This document shows, one piece after another, positions 50,680 to 63,790 of a stretch of DNA of 64,000 bases; position 1 is the stretch's first letter, and every line of letters starts with the position of its first letter. The position numbers and the translations under genes were made by a program. Source of the stretch: Myripristis murdjan (Eukaryota); NCBI RefSeq assembly GCF_902150065.1, contig NC_043987.1, positions 1,625,386-1,689,385 on the forward strand, in the 5' to 3' direction. The notes under the pieces were generated by a model. The model was given only the letters and a program-made list of their open reading frames with translations. It made no database searches and was not told the DNA's origin.

Positions 50680-52046
50680 GTGAGTATTAACCAAGCTCTC
50701 ATTGCAAACGAAAGTAACAGAATGTTACAGTTGTCATTGTTTGTGTAATGTTATCCTAGCTGCGACTGCTGGCTCTTGCTATCCTTGCTAATCTCTTGGT
50801 GGTCTTGAGGTCGATTTTATGGCCTATGTATGGATTAGTTCATACACCCGGAACCTCGCAATGCGCTACAACCTAGCATAGCTACAGTTGATTTTCTTGT
50901 CCATTTACGGAACTTGTGCTTTTTCGGTGGTGACGCTAACGTTAGCTAGCATTAGCAGGAAAGCTCGGTACGCCCTTCACTGTCAATGGTAACGTTAACG
51001 AGTAACTAATGTTAGCGAGCTTGCTAACATTACCGATGTAATCTTGCTATCGATAGCGTGTTATTGGCTCTATTAACTATTGACAGTAACCTTGCAAAAT
51101 CCATAGATAACGCTGAAAACTGAAAGTGACCGTTTCTTGTGATTGACGTATCATAGTGTAAACTGGACCGATAGGTTCTCGTCTGTTGTAAAGACGAGAC
51201 AACGCTGCGTCAAACTTTGAAATTTCAAATTCAAAATTTGGCAGGTTAATGTTGTCTCCGTACTTGGAGCTGTACGTTACACACCTGACAAGTTAAAAGA
51301 TTTAAGACTTTTTACTAACCTTCAGGGTCCAGTCTTAAATTAACATACCACCAGTGTATAAAGCAAAAGTCAGTTAAGTTTATCTCAACCTTTAATCTGC
51401 CGCACCTGTTAGCAATCCCGTTAATTAGCATACTACAATCTTCTTCCAACGTAAGTTGAGACTCCTAGCAGTGCGTAAGCAGGAAGCTTGAACAAATTGT
51501 AGAAGTTTGAGATTTTAGTAAAGTGCTGGTTTGGGGTCGTGTGTGTGCCGAATTTCACTAGTGGCACATCTACTCAGAAAATATTCGAAATAGTGTTAAA
51601 CAGGTAAACGTGTTCGCTGACAGGCAGTTGGACACAAAATTACCTCATATTTTAATGGACCTTAGTGTGACAGCAGGTGTGTTGGATAATATATAATGTC
51701 TTCTAACGGTTCATTGGAGGATAAGGGTTACAGCCACAGCTGCTGAAAGGAGGAAAATTGCTACATAACAGCTACCCACGAGCACAAAGGTTGCATCCAT
51801 TAAGAGGAACCCTGGGTTTACCGAAGTCCTGACACAAATACACCCTTTCTTAGGTGCCACAAGTGCAGCACACCTACAGTTAACTCCATTTAGCTCAAGA
51901 ATCATGACCATAGCTTGGTGCATGTATAATCTGATTTTTAGTTTCATTTTTGAGGTTGTTAAGGAAAACAGTGATAGGTGTGTGACTGTGATCCAATGAC
52001 TCTGATTATTCATTTTAATTTATACACTATACTTGTGTTTCTGCAG

Positions 52047-52180
52047 GCTCAGGAAACGGCCCAGCTGGAGGAGCAGCTGCAGGGCTGGGGGGAGGTGATC
52101 CTGGCCGGCGACCAGGTCCTGCGCTGGGAGAAGCCTTGGTTCCCTGGTGCCCTGGTAGGCGCCACCACCTTGCTCTTCAT
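52047..52180 (+). CDS. arl6ip1: ARL6IP1 coding exon 2
   Basis: Acceptor tgtttctgcag|GCT and donor AT|gtgagt. Translation AQETAQLEEQLQGWGEVILAGDQVLRWEKPWFPGALVGATTLLF(M), from ORF 51978-52184. Confidence 0.93.
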
Positions 52181-52914
52181 GTGAGTCCACGCACCGTATA
52201 TTGCCTATAGGGTTACAGACTACAGAGCATATATTTAGTATATTTTCCCCCTCAGTCATAACACATCAACACCTTTGACAGCAAACTGATCTGATTTGTT
52301 GAATGGTATTCAGTTTGAATGACTCTGCTCCAGAAAAGGCGGTGATTTCAAAGTCTGAATTAAACCTTAAATTTCCAGCTTGTGAAGCTGGTTTGAAAGG
52401 TTATTAGTGAAGTTATGTTGGTAAAGCCTTCTAGAGTCCTTGAAGCAAGGTATGAGGAATCCAAACAATGTGTCATAAGCCTGAATCAGATTTAAGTGTT
52501 AAATGAGCTTAGGTTGCATAAGTTACAATTTTTGAGGGAAAAAAAATCAATCCACCACATCCAGGAACTGATTTGTGTGTTATTGAAAGCCTGTTAACAC
52601 ACAGAATTCTGTTTTTTTTTATATATATATATATACACACAAACACTCATTTCCAGTTTACTTTCCACCCTCTGCTTTAGGCCTTGTATATCCTGTTTTT
52701 GCCAGTCATTTCAGCACTACAGCTACCACATGAGTCTGATATCACATGTCAAACAGCTGTCTTGAAGTTATGAAAACCATAGTAAGTGAATGCAAAATGA
52801 ATGGCAGATTCATGTTAATCCGTATTTAGATTTGCAGCATGCTCTTAGTTCCTGTGTGAATAGTAGGAATGAAAGAGGTTAGTACTCATGTGACTGCTCC
52901 TGTCCTCTCTGCAG

Positions 52915-53034
52915 GTTGGTTTACTACTTGGACCCATCAGTGCTGACTGGACTTTCCTGCACAGTCATGCTGCTCTGCCTTGCTGACTACCTGGTGCCCA
53001 CCCTTGCCCCCCGAGTTTTTGGTTCCAACAAATG
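52915..53034 (+). CDS. arl6ip1: ARL6IP1 coding exon 3
   Basis: Acceptor tgtcctctctgcag|G and donor TG|gtgagc. Translation LVYYLDPSVLTGLSCTVMLLCLADYLVPTLAPRVFGSNK(W), matching human IIYYLDPSVLSGVSCFVMFLCLADYLVPILAPRIFGSNKW. Confidence 0.93.
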
Positions 53035-55416
53035 GTGAGCACACTGTAAATCTATGTTTATTTCTTACCTGTTAAAATATTAATCATTGGCCCTTTGTCT
53101 CTTATAAGGGTTTCCACTGCTTAAACCCAAGAGCATAGTAACTGAGCCAGACCTGAACCCGCAAAGCACTCTTTATTTCCAAACCTGACCCGAGTATGAG
53201 ATTTTGCTTGTCCTCCATCGTTAGCTTGGTCAGTTTACCACCTGAAATAGCCTATGTGTTGCCTTCACTGTTGTAATGTAAACTCCAGCACTATACCGGA
53301 AGTTGCTCAGAACAGACGGTAGGTCCATCATTTTCATTTTATTTATTTATTTTTTTCACTAGAATTTCACTAAAATAACACTGACGTGACCAATCCTGAA
53401 GAAAATTTCTAAATTTGTGCCCGAACCCAGCCCTATCTGTTGGGTCTGACACACTCAGGTTGGGTGTCCACACTCGAGTGTACAGATGGGAAAGGTCAAG
53501 AAATTAGATTAATTCTTTGGGAAAATCAGGGCATATCTCTTTTTTTAAAGTTTTATAGCAGACTGCAGCTGGTGGTCAGGGCCTTGCTCATTGGCCATAT
53601 GGTATGTTAACAGGGGCCAAACAAAACCAGGTCATCCATTCAGTTGAGCTCAATTCTTGGACCACTCTTGAGGCGTAAGAAGCATTTGAATGTTACTTGG
53701 AAAGAGGACATTGCTTCTCTATGACAGACTTTTTCAGTCACCGTCCTTTCTCCATGCCTTGCCTAATGTGGCATGATACCCCAGGTTGAACTTTGACATC
53801 TGAATCTGTAAGGCTTCCTCCTGCTTGGTGAAGCCTTGACATTACCAAGCTTGTGTAGAAAAAGAACCAGACACCAATGCCAGGATTGAGTGACAGCCTG
53901 CAGTTGGTGCAGTGTATTGCATGTCTGTCCTCTGCTGGACGCCCACAGCTCTCAGTATATACCCTTGCGTCAGCAGAGCATGACTTGCACTGATTTGTCC
54001 TGCTGCTGTGTCTGCTGCAGTGGAGGAAGCACAGGGCACATTGAGCAATCTGCAAGTGGATCAGTAGGCAAACTGTTAAAAGAGTGGTCAGGGTTTTTGT
54101 AAATGTTGCCTTTGTTCAGTAGTGTGCAATTAGTTAGTTAATTGCAATTTTATCACCCAGCCCCTCAATTCAATTTTTATATCATAGTGAAATGAATGGA
54201 ATCCTTTGGTAGGATAAAATGAAGGAAAAGTGAATTGTAAAATACAACTGCTTGCATAATAGCGACAGTAGAGAGAGGCAGAAAAGGCAGGGGAGAGAGG
54301 GGATGACATGCAGTAAAGGGCTCAACCTGGAATCAAACAGAGGTCACTGTGGTAAGGACTTAGCCTTGATAAGGGGTACACACTCCACCATGTTTGCCAC
54401 TGGAGTGCCCTGGAGTGTATACATTTTGTAGATATTATGCTGAACATGCACAATCACTCATATGATCCTTTAAGAGCGCAGCCATTTATAAGTGCTATAC
54501 AGGAAATAAGCTGGGGGATGGGTGAAACTGCTAGGTTTGAAGGGCAGCATTGTATTTTTAGTGTCAAACCAGGAGGCTGTCGTTATCGATCTGTACAATC
54601 TGTCCAAGACGCTTCAGACTTGATTGTGTTTGGCGCATGCTGGCTGCCTACTCTTAGCCTGTAGCCTCAGCAAATTCATGCAGATCTTTGTGTGTGTGTT
54701 GTAGTGCATAGTAAGTGGAGTTATTTGAGTATGTGCACATCGTCCTGTTTCTTCTGTCAAGACGAAAAAGGGGAATGATGGCGAAGCTGATAATAAGGGG
54801 TGCGTCCCCAAATCTCTTCCTTCCTCCTTGTCATCTCTCCTAGTGTTGCGTATCCCTGCTCACAGCTACTGTACAATATCACGTGCAGCTGTTTTAGAGA
54901 TGCACAGTATATCAGTGGTTGAAACATTGTCCATTAAATGACAAAATTATTTTGTTCCAATAATGGCACACAATATCACACAATGATTCCATTCAGTTAT
55001 GTGGAGCATTTTCTTACAGTGGCTGCATTTCTTTTTTGGCTCTTAACATTGAGGACTTAAGTTTTTTTTTTTTTTTTTTTTTTTTTAAACATTCAGTAAT
55101 GTTTCTGTTTTGACTGATTGTCATTTGACATGGGTTATTTAAAAAAAAAAAAATCACTAGCTCATGGGTGTTGTATTGTGCATCATGTTTAATGTGGGGG
55201 GTCTCAAGCCAGACAACAGTTTTCCCTTGAACTAATAGGAATTTTATTGCTGCCTTGTAGCATTTTAAAAGAGATATACAAGTGCCAGTAAAATGGCCTT
55301 TCTTACTACTTCAGTGATTAGCAAATGCAAAAGTAATGGTATCAGTTATCTTTTCCGTATCAGCCACAACAAGCAGACAGTTGACTCTTTTCCCAGCAGC
55401 CAATGTGACATGAAAT

Positions 55417-55580
55417 AGCAGGATAAACACAGGCGTTACTAATGACAGTAAGTTCTGCTTCTTTCAGGTCTAACAGAGCCAGGATCCTGCTGTTCATGCT
55501 GGCTCACTGGAAACAACTAGCTATACTTAAATGGAACCAAATCTTAATCAGTGCCATTAGTAACACCTGTGTTCACCCTC
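55417..55580. mobile_element. Same MITE family, copy 4 (ARL6IP1 intron 3)
   Basis: Termini gcaggataaacacaggcgttactaatgac ... cattagtaacacctgtgttcaccctc, with a shared core tctaacagagccagg. Confidence 0.55.
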
Positions 55581-55831
55581 ATTTATGTCAAAATGACAGC
55601 TGTGAAAAGGTCTACTATATGTGTTGGTCTATTGGTAGTCATTATCAGCCCTGAAATTCCATATTGGGGCACCTCTAAACCATTCTGCTGCCTCATGATG
55701 AAACGGCTTAACAGTGAATACTTCCCCCATCTTAACATCCTGTTAGCCTGTTGGACACAAATCTGCCCTCCATTTCTACTGCTGTCTCGCTGTTTTTTTT
55801 TTCATGGACTGAAATCCCTCTTCTTGTGCAG

Positions 55832-55949
55832 GACCACTGAGCAGCAGCAGCGTTTCCACGAGATCTGCGGAAACCTTGTCAAGACCCAGCGCCGAGTTGT
55901 GGGCTGGTGGAAGCGTCTCTGTGCCCTCAAGGAGGAGAAGCCCAAAATG
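55832..55949 (+). CDS. arl6ip1: ARL6IP1 coding exon 4
   Basis: Acceptor ttcttgtgcag|G and donor ATG|gtattc. Translation TTEQQQRFHEICGNLVKTQRRVVGWWKRLCALKEEKPKM. Confidence 0.93.
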
Positions 55950-56400
55950 GTATTCAGATCTTGTCAGGCTCACACACCGAAGGCATTACAGTGCCTTGGT
56001 ATCTGTATTTTTACAATAGGAGCTTTCTCTAGGCTCCTGATAACTGAATCCTCGGTCAGCTGATTTGGCTCTGCTGCTCCGTTTAGCAGCCCATAAACTG
56101 GGTTACAGGCTGGGCTAAACAGGTTTCTCCCAGCACGCCTCAGGAATTATCAGGCATGCCTTAACACTGTAAGACACACGCCAGATCAGTTCACATTCAT
56201 CAGCATTCAGTGAGGGCTTTGTTCATTCTTTGAAAATGGCAACATTTACTGTAATAGAACATAAATTGAATTATACTGCAGTACATTTGACTAATCGTTT
56301 AATGAGTTTACTAACGTTCCCATGGAACGTTACACATTTTATCAGCCGATTTGTTGTGCAGACTTGAATGATCCCTCTGACTACTCCTTGTTCTCCTCAG

Positions 56401-56485
56401 TACTTTGCCTCAGTGATCAGCAGTCTGCTGGCAGTAGCCTGGATTGGACAGCAGGTGCACAACCTCTTCCTCACTTACTTGATTG
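56401..56485 (+). CDS. arl6ip1: ARL6IP1 coding exon 5
   Basis: Acceptor ttgttctcctcag|TAC and donor G|gtgagt. Translation YFASVISSLLAVAWIGQQVHNLFLTYLI. Confidence 0.92.
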
Positions 56486-58510
56486 GTGAGTAGACTAACA
56501 CACATACACACAGCTGCCGGGTTGTTTAGGTCAGGGCCTTTCAAACCTTTTCATGTTCCAGACCTTAGATTAAGGTTTTTTTTTTCTTTTCCAACAAGCA
56601 TTTAAGCACAAGAATCCATTATCACTGACCTGATGTGTAAATGTAATTTTAATAATTATAAATATAGTTTTCTTGTATTTTGGGATTTTTTTTTTTCTGA
56701 ATTTAAACCTGTCTCGAGTAGGCATGGGCAATAAAGCACCCTGTAATCGTCATAGTGTAACCTATAATCATCCCCACTGGCTGTCACCTGTAGGTGATAT
56801 CTAGTCTTCCTGGGGTCCTTCAAGAAAAAATAAAACAGAATCAATAAAACTTGCTATCAGTTTACCTAATTAGCACAAATGGAGAACAAGAGAAATTAAA
56901 ATCACACAACCAAGAAAGTTGCTTCCTTTTTTGTATAGGAAAAACTATTCTACATTTAGATGTTTTCTGACAATCATACATGCTGACAAGTCCTTAGAAC
57001 TTGTCTTGTTCCAGTCAGGCTCTTCTAAAGTTCATAATGGTCCAAATGAATCACTGGATAGTAATGTGTAATAGAGCATGCTTTTTAAGGAGTCTCCTCA
57101 TTCCTTGATATTGTGGTTCACTCATCAATTTTTTTTAAAGTTCCTTTTTTAAATGTGTGTCTTGTTTCAGTCTGTCAAATAGACATTTGGTTCCATTCAG
57201 TATTGGCTTTGTACCACAGTTGCCTTTTTAAGCAGTAATTTTTTTTTAAAATCTACTTCCCACTCAGAAAATTGGCACAACCATTTTACTGGCCAGGCAC
57301 TAATTCATTACTTTGTTAGCCACAATCGCATGATTTTTGGTCAAAATCACTCTTAAAAAAAACAAAAACAAAACGATATTTATCTGTATTAATTCAGAAC
57401 ATGTCCAACTTATGTCTCCTGTGTTAGTTTTATATTACTTGTTTGTTTTTAGAGTTACAACATGCTTGCATTAACAGCTACTGCTGAAAGCACCACAAGA
57501 CTGCAGCAATCTTTTGGAATGTTGCTTTATGTTATGTGACATCAGCTAGTTACTACCAGGCTACTCTGACCCATCACTGTAACAGCAGTTATGTTACCAG
57601 TGCCTTGATCCTTGTATCTGATACTCTAAGACATTCACACATAGTCTTAAAGCTGCTACAAGTAGGATTGGTTGACTTGGGCAACCCCTCAAGTCCCTTA
57701 GTGGAAGTGTTCTATATCACTGTTGCAAAGAAGAAAGAAGACATACAGAACAGAGTCACAGTGGAACTGGAACAAACTTTAATAAAGTCCTGTGTGCACA
57801 GGATGACTTTTACAGGGGTGCATCAGGTAGTTTTGTTTAGGAGTCCATCAAACGTTGCTCAGTGTTCATATCTGCCAAGAGATTCTTAAATCGTCTTACA
57901 GACAATCCTCTCAATCACATGGTCATGCTGCTAGATGCTCAAGGACTGAATGTGTATTTGCCCGTGTTTTGTTGAATACAAGCAAGTTCAACATGAGTCG
58001 TCTTCCTGTGCTGGTTAGTGCTCCACCTCTGTGCCGGAAGTTGATCCTGCACAAACCACAGGAAATCAATCATGACGCACAGAATAACAATGCAGATGCC
58101 CCGCTGGGCTTGCTGGTGGCGCTAGAGGAAAGGTCATGAACTTGTCAAAGTTGGCAGGTTTCAGCATGAATACTGTCACCAAATTTAATGACCCACCAAG
58201 TAGATGTGCAGACAGGCTGCAGTGGAGTGAACTAGTGTCCGGCTGCATGATGTACAGTCCCTCTGCACAAAATCAACTAATTTACACCATCATGTTAAAA
58301 CATTAGAATGAATTTAAGACATGATGTTGGCTAAGTCTGCTTTGAAATACAAAAGTGATGTCCTGAGTTAATATTTTGCTTTTGTTAAGGATGTGAAAAT
58401 TGTCCAGTATTAAAGAATTAGAAAAACAGTACTTTAATTCAATTTGAGTTCCATAAAAGATGTTTTCATTTAGTTGTTCCTTTTTCCCCGTTGGAAATCG
58501 GAAGGCTATA

Positions 58511-59098
58511 CCAGTGGTTCCCAAACCAGTCCTCAAGGCCCCCCTGTACTATAGGTTTTTGTTCCAGCACTACTCTTGCACACATGACCCAGTTAAGGCC
58601 CATGCACCTTCATGCATGCCCTCTTCAGGTAGATCTTTCAGCATGAAGCCCTTAAATGCATCAGGTGTGAATGAGTAGAGCTGAAACAAAAACCTGCAGG
58701 ACAGGGAGCCTTGGGGACTGGCTTGGGAATAGGGCTGGACGATTATGGCAGAAATCAAAATCACGATTAATTGAACATTTTACCTCGATTATGATTAATG
58801 AACGATTATTACCGACTATTATAGCTTGAATCTTTTGCAAACAAAACGGCAATGTCAAACTACAAAAAGCTGCATCTCTTCTAAACAAATATTATTTCAA
58901 GTAATATTGCTATATTATTAGGAGTAGTGTATATATATGCACTAATAATAATATAGCGTGCCTGCATAGTAAGCAGGCTATATTAATTTCTCAGAATTTT
59001 GCTCCTTAATGATTATTATTATTATTGTTGTTGTTGTTGTTAAATGTCGGTTTCAATTATTTTTCGATTAATTGCCCAGCCCTAGTTGGGAACCACTG
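58511..59098. mobile_element. Palindromic MITE (13-bp TIR CCAGTGGTTCCCAA) carrying a nested hAT-like MITE (58730-59085, 7-bp duplication TTGGGAA) in ARL6IP1 intron 5
   Basis: Outer termini ccagtggttcccaa ... ttgggaaccactg. The inner element begins TAGGGCTGGACGATTA and ends TAATTGCCCAGCCCTAG. It is flanked by ttgggaa at 58723-58729 and 59086-59092. The palindrome 58519-58720 produces the mirror ORFs 58460-58678 and 58570-58764. Confidence 0.65.
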
Positions 59099-59659
59099 CT
59101 GTATACCACTGTCAGTCACCAGTTAGGTTCAGAAGCAGCTCATCTCAAAATTTGGTGGATTGCCATGAATTTTGGTGACAATGTTGGCTAGAGGATGAAA
59201 ACTGTCATATGACCTTCTGTGTAGCGCTACCAACGGACCCAGGGCGGCATCTGTGTTAAAAATGAAGCGCTTGTTTTATGTTTGTCCTGCACTTAGTTCT
59301 CCGGTTACAGTTTACAATAGCAGCCTTGGTGATCTCTGAGCACTAAAGCTGCATTAATAGCTGAGACACAGCTGCCTGCCAGTCTTGTAGTTGCACACTC
59401 ATGCACCAGGGAATGTGACAGTTGGTGAATCAAAGCCTCACTAGTGTGGGAGCAAATAATCCACAGTATAAGCTGAGACATGTAAAGCTTTTTCACAACC
59501 AAGGATGCTTGGGGGGTGGGTTCTCTCCACTGTAACATTTACAGCTATCCATATCTACCGTAATAACACAGCTCATACATGAGTAAGGCCTCAGAACACA
59601 AATCAGTGAAGCAATACCGAAAACCTATTAAGCATGTGGATATAAATCAGTACCTGACT

Positions 59660-59866
59660 GTTTAAAACAGGGCTGTTAAACTGGTGCCATGGAGGGCCAA
59701 GAGGCTGCAGGCTGTTTTTCCAACCAAAAACTTCCAGGTGATTTCACTGATTCCTCCATTCTCTCTGCTTTTAAGCTGGGGTAATCAGTGAAGTTTTTGG
59801 TTGGAATGAAAACCTGCAGCCACTTGGCCCTCCATGGCACATGGTTTGACAGCCCTGGTTTAAAAC
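59660..59866. mobile_element. Palindromic MITE (about 207 bp, roughly 95-bp arms)
   Basis: Left arm gtttaaaacagggctgttaaactggtgccatggagggccaagaggctgcaggctgtttttccaaccaaaaacttc. Its reverse complement recurs on the right (gaagtttttggttggaatgaaaacctgcagccacttggccctccatggcac...ccctggtttaaaac). Confidence 0.65.
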
Positions 59867-59971
59867 GGCACATACACAACTTTAACTTTATAACTAACCA
59901 GTGTGTGTGGTGGTGGTGTTTTTAATTAAAAGATCTGAAAATATTCAAATCCTGTCTTTTTCTGTTGACAG

Positions 59972-60090
59972 TGAGCTTCCTGCTGCTTCTGCCTGGCCTG
60001 AACCAACACGGCATCATCACCAAGTACACTGCCATGGCCAAGAGGGAGATCAACAAACTGCTGAAACAGAAGGAGAAGAAGAATGAGTAG
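59972..60090 (+). CDS. arl6ip1: ARL6IP1 terminal coding exon (stop TAG 60088-60090)
   Basis: Acceptor tttttctgttgacag|TG. Translation (V)SFLLLLPGLNQHGIITKYTAMAKREINKLLKQKEKKNE*, whose C-terminus is identical to human ...GMAKREINKLLKQKEKKNE. Total CDS is 612 nt, 203 aa, the same length as the human protein. Confidence 0.93.
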
Positions 60091-60953
60091 ACGGGAGTCA
60101 GACGAAGAGGTGATCTCAGAGAGGAGCTACAACACAAATTGGAAGTTGAATGAAGAGAAGAGAGCAAAAATAGCCTCCTGATTTATCAGTCTCTGCCACA
60201 GAGCGAGACCGTTTATTCACACGGTGAAGTTTCATTTTTCCCACCCACACTTGACATTTCAACCCCATTGCCTTTTTTCTTTCATTTATTCATCAGAATT
60301 CCCACACATGCTATAGCCATATAAGAGTTATTTGATTCCAGCACTGTGTTTCTCACAAAGTTAGAAAAGTTTCAAACATACACACACTTCACGCTCATAC
60401 ATATACCTGAGGTCTTCCTGTTACCTAGTTCATTGTGCTTTATTTTGCTCAAGATGTTAGTAATGCTTTTTTAAGCCATTCCCTGGATTTAGACAAAGTG
60501 ACTACTGAGCAGAGATTTTGTAGCATTACTGCATCTTTTTTAATCTTGCATAGTTTGCTCACCATAATGATTGAGGGGCTTTTGTCACGTAAGGTCACAA
60601 GAGTTTACTTTTTTATTTTTGCTTCTTCTGCTTCGGTTGTGTTTAAATGGAAAGCTGAAAACAAAACTGGATTCAAAGCAAAGCTCTTCTGTGGAGGGGA
60701 GCCGTTTGTAGATGCAAACCTACTGCTGTACTGCTGCTAGCTGGACTCTGTGGTCTTTTAGCTCTTAAACCCCCCACAATCCAATACTCTAGCCTGGGGT
60801 GCATCTGTGTAAATAGACCTATCTCCTTCTGTCCTTGTCCTTTCTCCTTTTGTTGTGTTGTCTTGCTCTTTTTTTTTTTTTTTTCTTTGGTCTGACCTCT
60901 GTCGTTCATTTCACCTGTTATTTTATCTGTATCGGAGATCTTTATGAAAAATG

Positions 60954-60959
60954 AATAAA
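60954..60959 (+). promoter_or_regulatory. arl6ip1: Candidate ARL6IP1 polyadenylation signal AATAAA
   Basis: The hexamer sits about 0.87 kb downstream of the stop codon and is followed by T-rich sequence. Confidence 0.4.
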
Positions 60960-62644
60960 GTGTGATTTAAGTTAACTTTTTTTGGTTTCTGAGGGAGTTT
61001 TTGGCTTTTATTTTGCAGATGGACAGTGACTTGAATATGCAGATCTAATTTTTTTTTTTCTTCTTGTTTCAAAGACCTAACTAGCCACTAAGGCCAGCAG
61101 GCTCAGTGGGTCCCTGTGTTCATGCTACTTAACCTCTCACCAAAGCAGCTCTGGTTCTTGAACTGGTTTTGCTCTGGATTTTGGGAGCCAAGGTGCTGGT
61201 CGGTGTTTGCAGCAGTCTGGAGTGACAGAGGGGTCTCCAGGTTGCTGGCCAGCAGTGCTGTGTCTGAGTTCAGCCCCAGCAGTCAGGACGCTTCTTACCC
61301 TGTCAAGCACTACTTCTTGCTACAATGTTTAATAATACTTCTCCATCTTTTCCTCAAGTGTATGAGCTGTCTGAATTGAAAGTACTAGTTTTTGTTTCTT
61401 CAGCAGACCACAGCATGCTCTTGTAGAATAAGACACGCCTACTTTTGTCATCATGGTTCCCACTTAAGGTCTATTTTTTTTTTTTTTTGCTTCCAGATGG
61501 GAACCATTTTTTCAGCTTCCAAACAAATTTGTTTTTGGTCAAAACTCTCAGAACAGTTCATATTTTTATACTATACATATACTGAAACGGAATCTGTTCC
61601 TTACTGGTTGGAAAGTCCTGTGAGCAACTTGGTTATGAGTTGTTAGAATTCAATTGTGTGTGATTTTCAAAATCATCATATTACGATAAGCCAGCTTGCA
61701 AGCTTATACTAGTTAGCCAACAATCAAAAATGGGCAAAAACAGCCAAATGAGTTTTGAAAGGCTGTAATCAACTCATCTTTTTTTATTACAAATTTGTAT
61801 TTTTTTTTTTTTTTTTTTTGGCAGTTCGTGACCTTTGACTACTTATTTGAAGTCATTTCTTGCTAATCTGCTCATTGCCTTTTCCTAAGGTTTTGAAAGA
61901 ATTCAAGTGAATTTGCTCAGGAGTCAAAGGGTTAGCAAAGCACATCAGCACTTAGATATTAGTACAGTGAAGTTCACATGCATTCACTTTGAAGCAGGGC
62001 TCCCAGTGGTCATGAAGCTCTCGTTATATCATTCAGAAATGTTTATTCCAGGTAGGAAGCTTCTTAAAATCATTGGGTAAGTCACTTTACTGGAATATAG
62101 AAAAATGTTTTTTCCCACTTTTCTCATGCATTTCTTTCTTTGTAAGATTATTTCTTTTGCATTGTCACCATGGGAGCTATAGTTCTAGTGTCCAGCATCC
62201 AGTAACAATGAGAAGAAGATAGCACCCCGACTGTCCCACATAACAGCTAGGGGGGAGGTTAAATAATATCTCATTTTTCAAAATGAGTGATTTAACCCTT
62301 TAAAGAGTGTTAGTGCCTGTGAGTGAATGCTGAATGTCATTTAATATTAGTAGAGTGTCAGAGCAGAGCAGTCGGCCTCCTGGCTTCTGGTGTTCCACAG
62401 CGCTCGGTCTCCTGACATTCTGCTGGGCTTCCCTGGACCGTCCGGCTGCCTCCGTTCACCTGCACACCACAGCACACACACTCTGCTCTTAGTCGTCATG
62501 TACTTACATATTCCTGATGCTTCAAGTGTGATGTAATCTCACCTGAAGTAGGCCTACTGCTCATCTGAAACCTGAAATTCCAGAACTGCCTACTCTACTT
62601 TGCCTTTCTCCTTGCTTTCCAACTGTCTGGATACTAATACCGAC

Positions 62645-62675
<31 letters not shown>

Positions 62676-63609
62676 AAGTAAGAAAAAGCAAAAAGTCAAA
62701 GAAAAGCAAGCCATTGCCATCAAATCAAGCAGAAATCAGCATATTAAGTTTAATTTGTCTGGACAAACTTATGTCCACTTAGTGTCTTCCAATGGCTTGT
62801 GGATGGCCATGCTTTTAGTTTTGTTTTCCCAAGTGGAGCACTCGAGCGTGCCTCCGTGGGATCTGGGAGGTTTGAAGTGGGCATCTCCCAGTTCCCGTGA
62901 CGTCTCCAACACAGCATAAAAACTGAGGTTGAGCACTCGTTGGATCACTCCACTCTTACATTTGAATGTAGCTTTTAATCCCCTGCAAAATCTATTGTTT
63001 GACTCAGGAGAAATCAACCGAAAGGACATTCTCGCAGTTGCATAATAATTTCTGCACCCAATAATGACAATTAAAATTTTTTAAAGAGAAATTACTTGAA
63101 AAATGTGTTTACCACCCCTTTAATTTTGACACACAACAGCACTAACAACAACACTGTGGACAGTTTTTTGTTGAAGCAAAACCTGGCTAAAGCCCAAGTG
63201 AATTTGCAGCTAAGATTAACACAGCTAAGATTAACACAAACTAAGAGTTGACAAGTTGTGGATGGTTTTGGACAGATTACCTGTCAGTATGTTGTACTGG
63301 TGCCACTGTGTTGGTCTGCCACTGGCCACTAGCTCAGGTTCTGGGAGTCTGTGTTCAGTCCTGTGGCTTGTCCTGTCGGGGGTGGGACCTGCTGGGCTGA
63401 TGATCTCTCTGACAGCCTGGCCACTGCGATACTGAGCCCAGTTTTCCAAAGTCATGTTGGCCCTCTAGAGAATGAGGAAGGTAAAGGAGCTAAGAGTGTC
63501 TTCTGTATATATCTCCCACAACACTACAGAGGGATATTTCAGGAAACATGCTGGTAAAAAAAAAAATTCAGCCTTTCCTAAAAAAGCCTGACTTGAGTTA
63601 GCATGGTCT

Positions 63610-63790
63610 TTTAAAGGAATAGTCCACCCATTTTGAAAAAAAAAATGGATATTTCACTTCCCCCCCAGCTGTTCTGTAGGACAGTAGTGGTGCTGTCTTC
63701 CTCTCATTGTTACTGAGTGCTGGATACTGGCTGGATGCTCCAAATGCTAACTGTTAGCCTCCTGCCACTGAGATGTACAGCCAGTAATCT
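63610..63790 (+). mobile_element. SINE-like element, full-length copy (+)
   Basis: Same family as 17400-17600. Other copies or fragments: 1540-1600, 2541-2610, 2700-2770, 7630-7785, 9710-9825, 10830-10880, 23720-23810, 27875-27990 (-), 30525-30640, 31000-31070, 33865-33960, 49455-49560, 62180-62300 (-). Confidence 0.7.
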
